Virus record (IMG/VR): IMGVR_UViG_3300036651_001908
Coordinates: 32,001 to 96,000 of that record
Direction: 5' to 3' (one strand)
From: a virus
DNA length: 64,000 nt
The notes below the pieces were generated by a model that worked only from the letters and a program-made list of their open reading frames with translations, had not been told where the DNA came from and made no database searches. The position numbers and the translations under genes are program-made. Of the stretch, positions 1-9,369 are shown piece by piece. Within the stretch, counting starts at the first letter, position 1. Every line of letters starts with the position of its first letter.

Positions 1-2
1 CC

Positions 3-173
3 CGCCTGCCGGTCACCTTCCGGGTGAGGGAGGCGGAGGGTGGCTTCTACCGCATCCAGATCCGTCTCGGCAGCGGCCACCTGATCGATCAGAGCGTCAA
101 GGTGATCGACGGCGTGATGGAGGTCACCGTGTCAGAGGACGCGGTGACCATGGGTAGAGGGCAGTTCGAATGA
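3..173 (+). CDS. 3' end of a hypothetical protein (truncated by window edge)
   Basis: Open frame RLPVTFRV...GRGQFE* with GC-rich third positions; stop overlaps the next ATG (ATGA 170-173). Confidence 0.7.
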   Translation, partial: RLPVTFRVREAEGGFYRIQIRLGSGHLIDQSVKVIDGVMEVTVSEDAVTMGRGQFE

Positions 174-1288
174 CTGAGCCGCTAGCGCTGAAGTACCGGC
201 CTACCAACTTCGAGGACATCGTCGGCCAGCGCCTCACTGCCGTCGTCCTCGCGCAGATGGTGAAGACCGGCTCAGTGCCAGCGGGCCTCCTGTTCTCCGG
301 GCCGTCTGGGAGTGGCAAGACCACCGCGGCCCGGATCCTCGCATCCGCCCTCACCGACGCCGAACTCGGCTACATCGAGGTGGACGCCGCCAGCAACGGT
401 GGGGTGGACGCCGTCCGGACGATGATCGACTCTCTACGGTTCGGCACCGGCGAGCCTCGCGTCATCGCATACGACGAAGCCCAGTCGATGAGCCGGGAGG
501 CGTACAACGCTCTCCTGAAGACGCTGGAGGAACCACCGCCCGGCGTGCACTTCATCCTGATCACCACCGAGCCGGAGAAGATCCCGGAGACGGTGAAGAC
601 CAGGGTGATGGAGTTCGAGTTCCAGCGCATCCCCACCGAGGCGATCTTCGACCGGATGGTGCAGGTCGTCACCGCCGAGAAGATCAACATCACCGGTGAC
701 CTGCTCCGGCTGCTCACCCACCGGGCGCAGGGCAACCTGCGCACCGCGCTGACCCTGCTGGACCAGGTGTGGCGTGCCGGAATTGGCACAGTTGAGTCAT
801 TTCTGGACCTCCTCGGAGAAGAAGATTTTGCTCCGGCGCTCATCGCAGCGAGTGCCAACGGCGACTTGGAGCAGGTGTTCATCGCCTTCGAAACCCAGAT
901 GGCGCGTGGGGGCAACCCCGGCGTGATCGTGAGTGGGCTGGTGCACTGCTTCCGGGATGTGCTGGTGCTGCGCTCCGGGGGCAAGATCGCCACCACCGGG
1001 CCCGGTCTGGAGGCCCGGATGGAACTGGCCACTAGGCTCGGCCCAGACCGGATCGTCTCCGTGATCAAGTTGCTCTGGGATCTTCGTACCCGTGTCCGCG
1101 CCAGCGACGATCCGGTCTCCAACGTAGAACTCGTTCTCGTGCTGATGACCGACATGTTCGCGCGTGGCAAGGCCGCCGCGCCGCCGATAGTTCATGCTGT
1201 CAAGCCCGTTACCGCGTCGATCCCCGTGCAGGCTCCGCAGCGTCCTTTGACACCGGAAGAACTTCGTCAACGTTTGGCTGGTCGCTGA
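170..1288 (+). CDS. dnaX: DNA polymerase III gamma/tau-like clamp-loader ATPase
   Basis: N-terminal LALKYRPTNFEDIVGQ, Walker A GPSGSGKTT, EVDAASNGGVD, DEAQ, NALLKTLEEPP, ITTEPEKIPETVKTR: canonical DnaX motifs; gamma-length (372 aa). Confidence 0.93.
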   Translation: MTEPLALKYRPTNFEDIVGQRLTAVVLAQMVKTGSVPAGLLFSGPSGSGKTTAARILASALTDAELGYIEVDAASNGGVDAVRTMIDSLRFGTGEPRVIAYDEAQSMSREAYNALLKTLEEPPPGVHFILITTEPEKIPETVKTRVMEFEFQRIPTEAIFDRMVQVVTAEKINITGDLLRLLTHRAQGNLRTALTLLDQVWRAGIGTVESFLDLLGEEDFAPALIAASANGDLEQVFIAFETQMARGGNPGVIVSGLVHCFRDVLVLRSGGKIATTGPGLEARMELATRLGPDRIVSVIKLLWDLRTRVRASDDPVSNVELVLVLMTDMFARGKAAAPPIVHAVKPVTASIPVQAPQRPLTPEELRQRLAGR

Positions 1289-1289
1289 T

Positions 1290-1538
1290 ATGTGGATTCT
1301 GCTTATGCTCGCTGCGATGGTGCTGCCTGAGGCGGGGGTCCTTCTGGCCGCCTGGCTACTTCACCGACGACGAGTGCGGCGGGGTCTCCAGGCCGTGTAC
1401 TCCCTAGCGGCGGAGTTGGTCAGCCACTGCATGCACTGTGGCCGCATGGTCCGCCAGGGCATCGGCTACTGCGACGTGGTCTGCCGACACGGCTACGAGC
1501 GACGATTCAGTTCGTCGCACTGGACAGACTCGGATTAG
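1290..1538 (+). CDS. small membrane protein with Cys cluster
   Basis: Hydrophobic N-terminus, CMHC...CDVVC motif; starts 1 nt after dnaX stop. Confidence 0.6.
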   Translation: MWILLMLAAMVLPEAGVLLAAWLLHRRRVRRGLQAVYSLAAELVSHCMHCGRMVRQGIGYCDVVCRHGYERRFSSSHWTDSD

Positions 1539-1550
1539 GTGTGCTATAGT
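1521..1550 (+). promoter_or_regulatory. host SigA-type promoter
   Basis: TGGACA-N18-TATAGT with TGn extension. Confidence 0.55.
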
Positions 1551-1584
1551 CCAGACAGGTCCTCGTGGTGGTGGGCTGTCTCCT

Positions 1585-1622
1585 AAGAAGGCCCCGGGTA
1601 GTCCTTTCCCCGGGGCCTTCTT
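1585..1622 (+). terminator. intrinsic terminator-like hairpin
   Basis: AAGAAGGCCCCGGG ... CCCGGGGCCTTCTT inverted repeat separating early genes from the late region. Confidence 0.75.
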
Positions 1623-1629
1623 CGTGCCT

Positions 1630-1638
1630 GCCGATAGT
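1630..1638 (+). promoter_or_regulatory. putative phage late promoter -10 element (GCCGATAGT)
   Basis: One of about 13 related motifs upstream of virion genes; resembles sigma28 -10 GCCGATAA. Confidence 0.7.
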
Positions 1639-1667
1639 TGTGGTAAAGGCTTCGGAGGCGAATCGCC

Positions 1668-1958
1668 ATGACTACTTGGCCCCCCAGTATCCATCAGGAC
1701 GTGACGGATACCATCAACTCACTACTGACCCTTGCTCCAGGGTCCGCAGCGGTCGGTTCCGTGCCGGTGGTGAGCAGCACGGGCGTCGTCACGTATGGCA
1801 TCCCGGCCACGTCGGGCTTCATCTTCTACGACCCCACCGGGGGTTGGCCGTCCTCACCGAGCGTGGGCAAGTTGGTCTTCTACTCGGTCGGCTACCCGTC
1901 GGCTCCGGCGCCCACGACCGGATCGAATGACTCGGTCTGGTTCTTCTCTCCCTCATGA
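1668..1958 (+). CDS. hypothetical virion-associated protein
   Basis: GGAGG RBS; stop overlaps next start (ATGA). Confidence 0.7.
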   Translation: MTTWPPSIHQDVTDTINSLLTLAPGSAAVGSVPVVSSTGVVTYGIPATSGFIFYDPTGGWPSSPSVGKLVFYSVGYPSAPAPTTGSNDSVWFFSPS

Positions 1959-3136
1959 CCACCGCTGCGGTTGCTCGACTTCTGGCAGGCACGTGGACGA
2001 CAGTTCTGGGTACCGGGACGCCAGTCACCCCGCCTCCCTCGGGTCCGCCTCCCTACACGCAGGACTCTGGTCTGGGCACGAACGGCGGACTGGAGCCCAC
2101 GGGCTACACCAGTTACTCCTCGCTGTCCGGAGCGACGATCGTGCAGCGGCTCACCGCGGCAGGCACCCACGTCATGTCGGTGGGCCCTGGCACCTACACG
2201 CTGGCGGGCTTCTCCTCCAACGCCTACGACAGCAATCACGTCGCCACGTCTGCGGGGTTCATTGGCGCGGGGTCGTCAAAGACGTTCCTGACGATGGCGG
2301 CCGGTTCTTCCAGTGGGGCGGCCTTCACTTCCAACACTAATCCGTACACGGCGCTGCGGTTCAACACCGATCCCGGTGGTTTCTTGGAGGACTTCACCTT
2401 CACTGCGACCGCGCAGTCAGTCTCGGACAACTCCGGCAGCAGCCACAATGCCAATAACACCTACAACGGCATCTCCATTGTGGCATCCGACTGGACGATC
2501 CGGCGGATCAAGGTCCTGGGTGTTCCCGGCACCTATTCTGCCCCTCCTGGTGAGACGTTCCCGCTGAATCTCTTCAAGGCCTACGGAACCATTCTCATCG
2601 AAGATGTCGAAATCGATGGACAGGGTGCCTCGGCATCCAACCTCGGGGTCAACGGTACAGGTACGAGTGCCACGGTTGGTACCACGAACATGACGGTCAA
2701 CCGGATGTACTCGCATAACAACCCGTATTCGGGGGGTATTGCGCTGTGGGAGTCGAAGGGCTCCTTCACCTTCAACGACTGCACATTCGACATGTGCCGC
2801 TGCTTCTGGAACATCGAGCGCATGACTGGAACGGTAGACCTGTACCGGCCTCGCATTGGCACCCTGCATACGTTGGGTGCGGCAGTCACCGGCATCTTCT
2901 GTGAGGCGGATGCTACGTGGGGTGCAACCGATGCGAAGAACTTCCGGTTCAACATCCACGACCCCCGCAACCTGGATGACACTCCGTACACCGGTTCGCC
3001 CATCTCGGTTCTTTACGGATCAGCCAATGATGGGGGCACGAACTACTACGGTCGTTCGAACTTCCGGTGCTACAACGCATCTGGGACGGACATCTCCTCT
3101 TCGTTCTACTCCACCGGTGGAAACCCCTACAACTAG
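1955..3136 (+). CDS. putative beta-helix (pectin lyase-like) tailspike/depolymerase
   Basis: G/S/T/N-rich with beta-helix-like strands (WTIRRIKV, ILIEDVEID, MTVNRMYSHNN, FTFNDCTF). Confidence 0.55.
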   Translation: MTTAAVARLLAGTWTTVLGTGTPVTPPPSGPPPYTQDSGLGTNGGLEPTGYTSYSSLSGATIVQRLTAAGTHVMSVGPGTYTLAGFSSNAYDSNHVATSAGFIGAGSSKTFLTMAAGSSSGAAFTSNTNPYTALRFNTDPGGFLEDFTFTATAQSVSDNSGSSHNANNTYNGISIVASDWTIRRIKVLGVPGTYSAPPGETFPLNLFKAYGTILIEDVEIDGQGASASNLGVNGTGTSATVGTTNMTVNRMYSHNNPYSGGIALWESKGSFTFNDCTFDMCRCFWNIERMTGTVDLYRPRIGTLHTLGAAVTGIFCEADATWGATDAKNFRFNIHDPRNLDDTPYTGSPISVLYGSANDGGTNYYGRSNFRCYNASGTDISSSFYSTGGNPYN

Positions 3137-3145
3137 GAATAGATC

Positions 3146-4087
3146 ATGACTCTTCTACAGTGGCGGATGGACGGTACCAATGGTGCCGCTCTCACCACCG
3201 CCAACTCTGGGTTCACCTCTATCATCGCTTCGGGTAGTGCGACGGCGGTCTATTCGACCGGCGCCGCCTTCCAGGGCAGCACTGGTGCTGTTTTCACATC
3301 TGATGGCACCAATGCTTCTATCGCCGTGGCGACGTTCAACGCTTCGTGCACACAGTGCGCTATCTCGATCGCGTTCAAGATTCCCGCTTCCACCCCCGCA
3401 GCGGACTATGGTGTCTTCACTGTCTATGACACGTCAAGTGCCCGCTGCTTCGGTTTCGCGTACCGGTCGAATGGCTATGTCATTTTCAATGACAAGGGAA
3501 ACACTTACACCACCCTGCTGACGGCCGCGCAGGCGACTGCTAACACGTACTTCCGGTTCGAGATTCAGGTCTCGGCTCTGTCAACGACTGCCGGTACCTT
3601 CAGCGTTCAGGTGTACAACGCCGCAGGCACCCAGGTGGGCTCGACGGTGAACGTGTCGAACGGCAACCTCGGCACCACGGCGATGAGTTACACCCATCTC
3701 GGTGCGACTACTGCTACCGCATTCACCGCGACTCTGGACTCCCTCCAACTCAACGATGGCAGCACCAGTCCGATCGGGCTGCTGTCCACGGCTACCCCTC
3801 CGACCGCGAGTGCGACGGTCTCGAACAACATTTCGGTGATCGACGCCAGTGCATCGCACACGAACGACAGTGGCACGCTGACCTTCTCCATCTCCCCCGG
3901 CACCGGGCTGACCTTGCTCGCCCCAGGGATTTGGAAGGCCACCCCACAATCCACCTCGACCACCTACACCTACACCGTCACGGATTCGGTGGGCTCGTCC
4001 AACACTGCGACCGGCACCGCTGTCGTCCCCGCGGCCACGGCGACGGGCATCGCCAGCAAGGTTTTGGTGGGCGGAGTCTGGACCTAA
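3146..4087 (+). CDS. putative minor tail / carbohydrate-binding beta-sandwich protein
   Basis: T/S/A-rich beta protein with lectin-like YFRFEIQV segment and Ig-like C-terminus (YTYTVTDSVG). Confidence 0.55.
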   Translation: MTLLQWRMDGTNGAALTTANSGFTSIIASGSATAVYSTGAAFQGSTGAVFTSDGTNASIAVATFNASCTQCAISIAFKIPASTPAADYGVFTVYDTSSARCFGFAYRSNGYVIFNDKGNTYTTLLTAAQATANTYFRFEIQVSALSTTAGTFSVQVYNAAGTQVGSTVNVSNGNLGTTAMSYTHLGATTATAFTATLDSLQLNDGSTSPIGLLSTATPPTASATVSNNISVIDASASHTNDSGTLTFSISPGTGLTLLAPGIWKATPQSTSTTYTYTVTDSVGSSNTATGTAVVPAATATGIASKVLVGGVWT

Positions 4088-4109
4088 CCTGCCTGTCGAT
4101 GGTATAGGC

Positions 4110-4553
4110 ATGGCTGAAACTCCCTTCGACGCGCCGCTGGATGAACTGGCGGCAGCCTTCGAACTGCCGGAGTACATCGCTGAGGACGAAGTTCTGTCCG
4201 GGTTGTACCACGAAATCGTGCTGCGCCTCCGCCGTGAGGCCGCGGGGCTGCCGATGAAGACGGCCCACATGCTGCTCATTGAGCGCATCGCATCCTTCTA
4301 CGTGACCATCCGGTACAAGGAGAATCACCAGGAGTTTCGGGGCTACCAGCAGAAGGAATTCAACACCTACTGGCTGAGTCTGACCCAGGAGTTCAACAAG
4401 GTGCTCCAGGCCAACGACGAGAAGTTGCGTGAGGCCATGCTGATCGAGATTCAGACGATCGTCTCGGATACTCTGAAGTTGATCACCGACCCCGCTGACC
4501 GGCAGAACGTGCGCCGGAAGTTGTCTGAAGAATTTGCAAAGATGGAGGTCTGA
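4110..4553 (+). CDS. hypothetical helical protein (possible terminase small subunit)
   Basis: 147 aa, upstream of terminase large; ATG lies 6 nt after a late-promoter motif (GTCGATGGT 4095-4103). Confidence 0.6.
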   Translation: MAETPFDAPLDELAAAFELPEYIAEDEVLSGLYHEIVLRLRREAAGLPMKTAHMLLIERIASFYVTIRYKENHQEFRGYQQKEFNTYWLSLTQEFNKVLQANDEKLREAMLIEIQTIVSDTLKLITDPADRQNVRRKLSEEFAKMEV

Positions 4554-4554
4554 A

Positions 4555-4947
4555 ATGGGTTACGTGTTCCCCAACTCGATGCTGAAGATCGACAAGGACG
4601 GCAACACCGTCATGTCGGATTCTCTGGAGCCTGGCGAGAAGATGATCGATGGCACGACCTACGACCAGATCGTGGCTGGTGAGCACGCCGATCCGTCCCC
4701 GGTGGACACGAACCCGACGACCGTCCTCACGGTGGACGAGTCCGGTGTGAACACCGCTCTCGTGACTTCGGATGGTCACCTGGTCACCCGTCTGCTCCCG
4801 CTGGAACTGCGGGCCGCGGAGAACGCTGCGGTGGCTGCCGCCGTGGCTGCTGCACAGCCCACGGCGAACGAGCCCGTCACGGCGCAGCGCGCTGAGGCGA
4901 ATGACTCCGAGCCCATCGCTGACGCCCAGGATGCGCCCCAGGCATGA
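4555..4947 (+). CDS. hypothetical protein
   Basis: GGAGG RBS before ATG 4555; typical codon bias. Confidence 0.7.
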   Translation: MGYVFPNSMLKIDKDGNTVMSDSLEPGEKMIDGTTYDQIVAGEHADPSPVDTNPTTVLTVDESGVNTALVTSDGHLVTRLLPLELRAAENAAVAAAVAAAQPTANEPVTAQRAEANDSEPIADAQDAPQA

Positions 4948-5774
4948 GCGCCCTCGATGACTGGAACATGATTGTGTTCCTGACCGGTGGTGTGGGTCCA
5001 TGCTCGCTGGACCGCTCCCCGAAGAGCAACTGGGTGCAGAAGAACGGCGGCCTGCCGAACTACATCTGCCACATCGCTCGCGCGATCACCGGGAACGGCC
5101 ATTCCATCAACGAGGCCATCCCCATGGCGATCGGTACGGCCAAGCGCTGGGCTGCCGGGGGCTCGACCAACGGAACCGCCACGGCGAAGAGGGTGCACCC
5201 AGCCACCCAGGCCAAGGCCGCCGCCGCTGTCGCCCAGTGGGAGGCGCTGCGCGCTCGTGCACATGCCGGTCACGTCGTCAAGGCCACCCACCCTCTAGGC
5301 GGCCAGTACCTGATGCTGACCGACATCGGCTCGTTCAACACCGAGATGGTCCGGCAGGCGTGGTCCGCGATGCAGCGTGACCTCCAGTTGGGCCACCGGC
5401 CCTACGACCCGGATAACGACGGCGACGACGACTCCCCCGAGTTGGCCTCGGGCTACATCATCGAACTTGGTTCGGACTACATCATCGTGGAGTACTACGA
5501 CAAGGATGGGGTCGGCGCCAGTTTCGCTCGCTATCCTTACACGGTCGAGGGCAACACCGTTTCGTTCGACAACCCTCAGCAGGTGAAGCAGGCCTACGTC
5601 CCGGTCAGCGATGATGACCCGAATCAGCCCGACGAAGACGGCGACGACGACTCGCAGGAGCCGGACGACGAAGACGAAGAATTGACTCCCGAAGAGGAGC
5701 AGGCAGCCAAGGACGAGAACCCGTTCGTCGGCTACACGCCTCTGGAGAAGATCACGCGCGCTGCGGGGTACTAA
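4944..5774 (+). CDS. hypothetical phage head-region protein with acidic C-terminus
   Basis: Coupled to both neighbours; typical codon bias. Confidence 0.75.
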   Translation: MSALDDWNMIVFLTGGVGPCSLDRSPKSNWVQKNGGLPNYICHIARAITGNGHSINEAIPMAIGTAKRWAAGGSTNGTATAKRVHPATQAKAAAAVAQWEALRARAHAGHVVKATHPLGGQYLMLTDIGSFNTEMVRQAWSAMQRDLQLGHRPYDPDNDGDDDSPELASGYIIELGSDYIIVEYYDKDGVGASFARYPYTVEGNTVSFDNPQQVKQAYVPVSDDDPNQPDEDGDDDSQEPDDEDEELTPEEEQAAKDENPFVGYTPLEKITRAAGY

Positions 5775-7646
5775 ATGAAGATGCGTGACATGGCTGAGTT
5801 CTTCTCTCAGCCAGAGCCGCCTCCCCCCACAACGGTCGAATCGATCTTCGAAGAGGAGCCCGTCTCCCTCGACGTGTTCATTCGGGACAAGAAGTACCTG
5901 GGCTCCGAGTGGAATCTCTCGCCCATCCAGGCCGAGTCCGTGCGCACGATCGAGCGGATCTACCTGCCTTCGTTGTACCCCGAGATGGCGAAAGAGTTCG
6001 GTGGCTACTGGGCCGAGCCAATGCCGATGAAGAACATCATCACCCTCCAGTGGGGCAAGGGATCCGGCAAGGACCACGTCTGCCGTATCTCGTCCCTCCG
6101 GGTGGCGTACCTGCTGCTCTGCCTGAAGAGCCCGCTTCAGTACTTCGACATGCCGGAGGACGACTCCATCCACCTGCTGAACATCGCAGCGAACTCGGCT
6201 CAGGCGAACCGGGCGTTCTTCACCCCGCTGACCAAGTCGGTGAAGCGTGGGTGGTTCGCGGACAAGGCAGACCCGAAGCGCGACTCCATCCAATATGCCA
6301 AGAACATCGAGTCCGTCTCTGGGCACTCTGATGCAGAAGGGCAGGAAGGATTGAACATTCTGCTCGGTGTCGCGGATGAGATTGATGCGTTCAAGGCCAG
6401 TGACGAGATGGTGGGCCAGGGCAAGCGAGCCCGTGAGGCATCCACCTCCGCCGAATCCATCCTGAAGATGCTGAAGGGTTCGGCCTCGACCCGATTCCCT
6501 GAGTCCTACAAGCGCGTGGCCATCTCCTACCCGCGCTACGTCGGCTCCACGATCCAGCGGCTCACTGCCGAGGCGGAGGATGACATCAAGGAGGTCGGAC
6601 CGACCTCGATCTACTTCGCGTCCGGCCCCTATGCCACGTGGGACGTGAACCCCCGCATCAAGGGCAAGGAGTCCTTCGCTTCTGACTACCGGCGCAACCC
6701 GGTGGAGGCCGCGGCCATGTACGAGTGCAAGCCGCACCTCGCGACCGACCCGTACTTCCGCAACTTCGAAATCTTCAAGCAGGCGATCGATGCTGAGGAT
6801 CAGCCGCTGCATGTGGACTACGAACTGGAGAACATCAAGTCCAAGCGCACCGGCTCAGTCCAGCAGGTGTGGACGCCGAAGTTCGACTTCGCCTCCGACT
6901 TCGTTCCCGTCCAGGGTGCGCGCTACGCCCTCCACGGCGACCTCGCCATCAAGGGCGACCGGGCCGGTATCGCCATGGCGCACGTCGAGCGCTGGGAGTA
7001 CAAGAAGGACGTTTTACAAGACGAAGAGGGCGGTGACTACGAGGTCTTCACCTATGCGCCCCACGTCAAGGTGGACTTTGTCATCTCATTCGAGGCCGAC
7101 CTGAGCATCATGCCCGCCCGGGAGATTCAGATCCGCTGGGCTCGGTCACTCGCCTACCTGCTGATCAAGCGGGGCTTCGTCATTGACCGGTTCACCTTCG
7201 ACGGCTTCCAGTCCACCGACTCCATGCAGATTCTAGAAATGCATGGCATCACGAGCGAGAAGGTCTCGGCTGACCGCACGGACGATGTCTGGATGACGCT
7301 GCGGGATGTGGCCAGCGATGGCCGTCTGAAGATGCCGTACGACCCGCTGCTGCTCACCGAACTCGGTGCTCTGTCCCGCATCGGGGGCAAGGTGGACCAC
7401 CCTCCGCACGGCTCGAAGGATCTTGCGGACGCGCTCGCCTGTGCCGTGACTGGGGCCATCAATGCGGGCGGTGAAGAAGATGTCGATGGTACCGAGGTAG
7501 AAGTCGGTGCCACCTATTTCGATCTAGGTGAGGCTCTGACCCCTCTAGAGGGGTTGGAGGACATGGACGTGTTCCAGCCGGATGGGGCTTTCGCGCCACT
7601 TCTTGGGATGAAGGAGGTGCAGCACGATGAGTTCTTCGGTTGGTGA
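5775..7646 (+). CDS. terL: terminase large subunit
   Basis: Walker A WGKGSGKD, Walker B VADEID, nuclease motifs HGDLA, TFDGFQS and HGSKDLADA. Confidence 0.92.
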   Translation: MKMRDMAEFFSQPEPPPPTTVESIFEEEPVSLDVFIRDKKYLGSEWNLSPIQAESVRTIERIYLPSLYPEMAKEFGGYWAEPMPMKNIITLQWGKGSGKDHVCRISSLRVAYLLLCLKSPLQYFDMPEDDSIHLLNIAANSAQANRAFFTPLTKSVKRGWFADKADPKRDSIQYAKNIESVSGHSDAEGQEGLNILLGVADEIDAFKASDEMVGQGKRAREASTSAESILKMLKGSASTRFPESYKRVAISYPRYVGSTIQRLTAEAEDDIKEVGPTSIYFASGPYATWDVNPRIKGKESFASDYRRNPVEAAAMYECKPHLATDPYFRNFEIFKQAIDAEDQPLHVDYELENIKSKRTGSVQQVWTPKFDFASDFVPVQGARYALHGDLAIKGDRAGIAMAHVERWEYKKDVLQDEEGGDYEVFTYAPHVKVDFVISFEADLSIMPAREIQIRWARSLAYLLIKRGFVIDRFTFDGFQSTDSMQILEMHGITSEKVSADRTDDVWMTLRDVASDGRLKMPYDPLLLTELGALSRIGGKVDHPPHGSKDLADALACAVTGAINAGGEEDVDGTEVEVGATYFDLGEALTPLEGLEDMDVFQPDGAFAPLLGMKEVQHDEFFGW

Positions 7647-9369
7647 CAACTCTGATCAGACCGAGCAGAGAAGCCTCAAGGGCATCGATGAGCATCAGGA
7701 CAAGAAGCCTGATCCCAAGTCGTATGAAATCGAAATCGGCACTGACCTCAACATGCCGTTCAGCACGCCGTTCAACGGCACTGCTCTCGGCGTGCAGAAG
7801 ACTGCTGACGAAGAACTCCAGGAGATTCGGCGCAACTCCGGCTGGGAGGTGGATGAGGGGCCGACCGTTCGGCAACTGGTCACCATGCGCCGTATGGACG
7901 GCCAGGCCCGTGCGCTCTACCGCCTGCTCTCGCTGCCTGTCCGTGCCGCGCTGAAGTCCGCGACGTTCATTCCGGCCAAGGGCGGCACGGCTGAGGCCGA
8001 CTTCATCTCGAAGGTCTTCACCACGCCCCCCGAGGGCGGCGGAATGTCCGTCACCTTCCACCGGGTGATGAGCCAGATCCTCCAGGGGCTCTTCGACGGC
8101 TTCGCGCCCTTCGAGAAGATTTTCTGGGTCCCGGACTACGGTCCCCTCAAGGGCAAGATCACGCTGAAGAAGTTGGCCTACCGGCCCAGCGAGACGATCA
8201 CCTTCATCACCGACCGGCAGGGCCACTTCCGAGGCTTCCGCCAGCGCGCCGTGATCATGGGCAAGGCCCTCGACGCATACATCCCCGCCTCCAACGCGTT
8301 CTACTACGCGGCCCAGGAGGAGGAGCGGAAGTTCTACGGAATCTCGTTCTTCCAGAGCGCCTTCTACCACTACGACAAGAAGGTCAAACTCTATTACATC
8401 GCCCACGTGGCGGCCCAGCGCTCCGCTGTCGGCACCCGAGCAGGCACTTACCCGCTGAACGCGAACAACGCGCAGCGCGGTGAGTTCGCCAAGTCGCTGT
8501 CGAACCTGAGCCTCGCGCAGTTCATGCTCATGCCTGAGAACTTCAAGGTGGAGATGCTGAAGGAGTCGGGCACGTTCGACTTCCTGGGCTACATCAACCA
8601 CCACAACAGCCAGATGAGCAAGAGCGTCCTCGCGGCGTTCTTCGACGCGAACACCGGTGCCGGAGCGAATGAGGGCTCCTTGGTGTCCTTCGCCGCCCCC
8701 GGCGACGACATGTTCCTGATGATGCTGCGCGCCGTGATGGACGACATCGCTACGGCGATCAACCACTACATCATCCCGCAGTTGGTGGACTTCAACTTCG
8801 AGGGCGGCAAGTACCCGGTCTTCAGTTGGGGCGAACTCACCGACGAGCAGCGTGCCGCGGTGGCGAACTCCTTCGACAAGTTGTCCATCGCTGGCCAGAC
8901 GATGAACGTCACGCCCGAGTTCATGCGTGCTCTGGAGCAGAAGCAGGCCAAGGAGATGGGCCTGGAAATCGACTACGACGCAGTCGAGAAGCGCGAGCAG
9001 GAGCAGCAGCAACAACTGGCTGGCGGCTTCCCGGGGATGCCTGGTGGGCTTCCTGGCATGGGCATGCCAGGTGCCTCCCCGATCGCAGCCGGTCCGGGCG
9101 CTCCGGGCGCTCCCGTCCAGCCCTCGATGGTCCCACCGAACCGGCTCACCCCGGGCGCTCCGGGCACCATCTCGCCGGTGCCGGGTCAGACGGGCATGCA
9201 GCAGGCCGCTGGTCGGACGACGACGCAGTTGAGTCCCGCGCAGCGCGTGGAGGCGTTCCAGTCCTCGCTGGCCAAGTTGACCGACGAGCCCGATCGGTAT
9301 GAGAACCTGTTGCGCCTCGCGTCAGAGATGCTGGACGAGACTCCGGAAGAAGATCAAGAGCCGTTCTGA
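7627..9369 (+). CDS. portal protein (DUF935/Mu gp29-like) with Pro/Gly/Gln-rich tail
   Basis: Follows terL; GFAPFEKIF, FYGISFF, INHHNSQMSKSVL, INHYIIPQLVDFNF motifs typical of this portal family. Confidence 0.88.
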   Translation: MSSSVGDNSDQTEQRSLKGIDEHQDKKPDPKSYEIEIGTDLNMPFSTPFNGTALGVQKTADEELQEIRRNSGWEVDEGPTVRQLVTMRRMDGQARALYRLLSLPVRAALKSATFIPAKGGTAEADFISKVFTTPPEGGGMSVTFHRVMSQILQGLFDGFAPFEKIFWVPDYGPLKGKITLKKLAYRPSETITFITDRQGHFRGFRQRAVIMGKALDAYIPASNAFYYAAQEEERKFYGISFFQSAFYHYDKKVKLYYIAHVAAQRSAVGTRAGTYPLNANNAQRGEFAKSLSNLSLAQFMLMPENFKVEMLKESGTFDFLGYINHHNSQMSKSVLAAFFDANTGAGANEGSLVSFAAPGDDMFLMMLRAVMDDIATAINHYIIPQLVDFNFEGGKYPVFSWGELTDEQRAAVANSFDKLSIAGQTMNVTPEFMRALEQKQAKEMGLEIDYDAVEKREQEQQQQLAGGFPGMPGGLPGMGMPGASPIAAGPGAPGAPVQPSMVPPNRLTPGAPGTISPVPGQTGMQQAAGRTTTQLSPAQRVEAFQSSLAKLTDEPDRYENLLRLASEMLDETPEEDQEPF

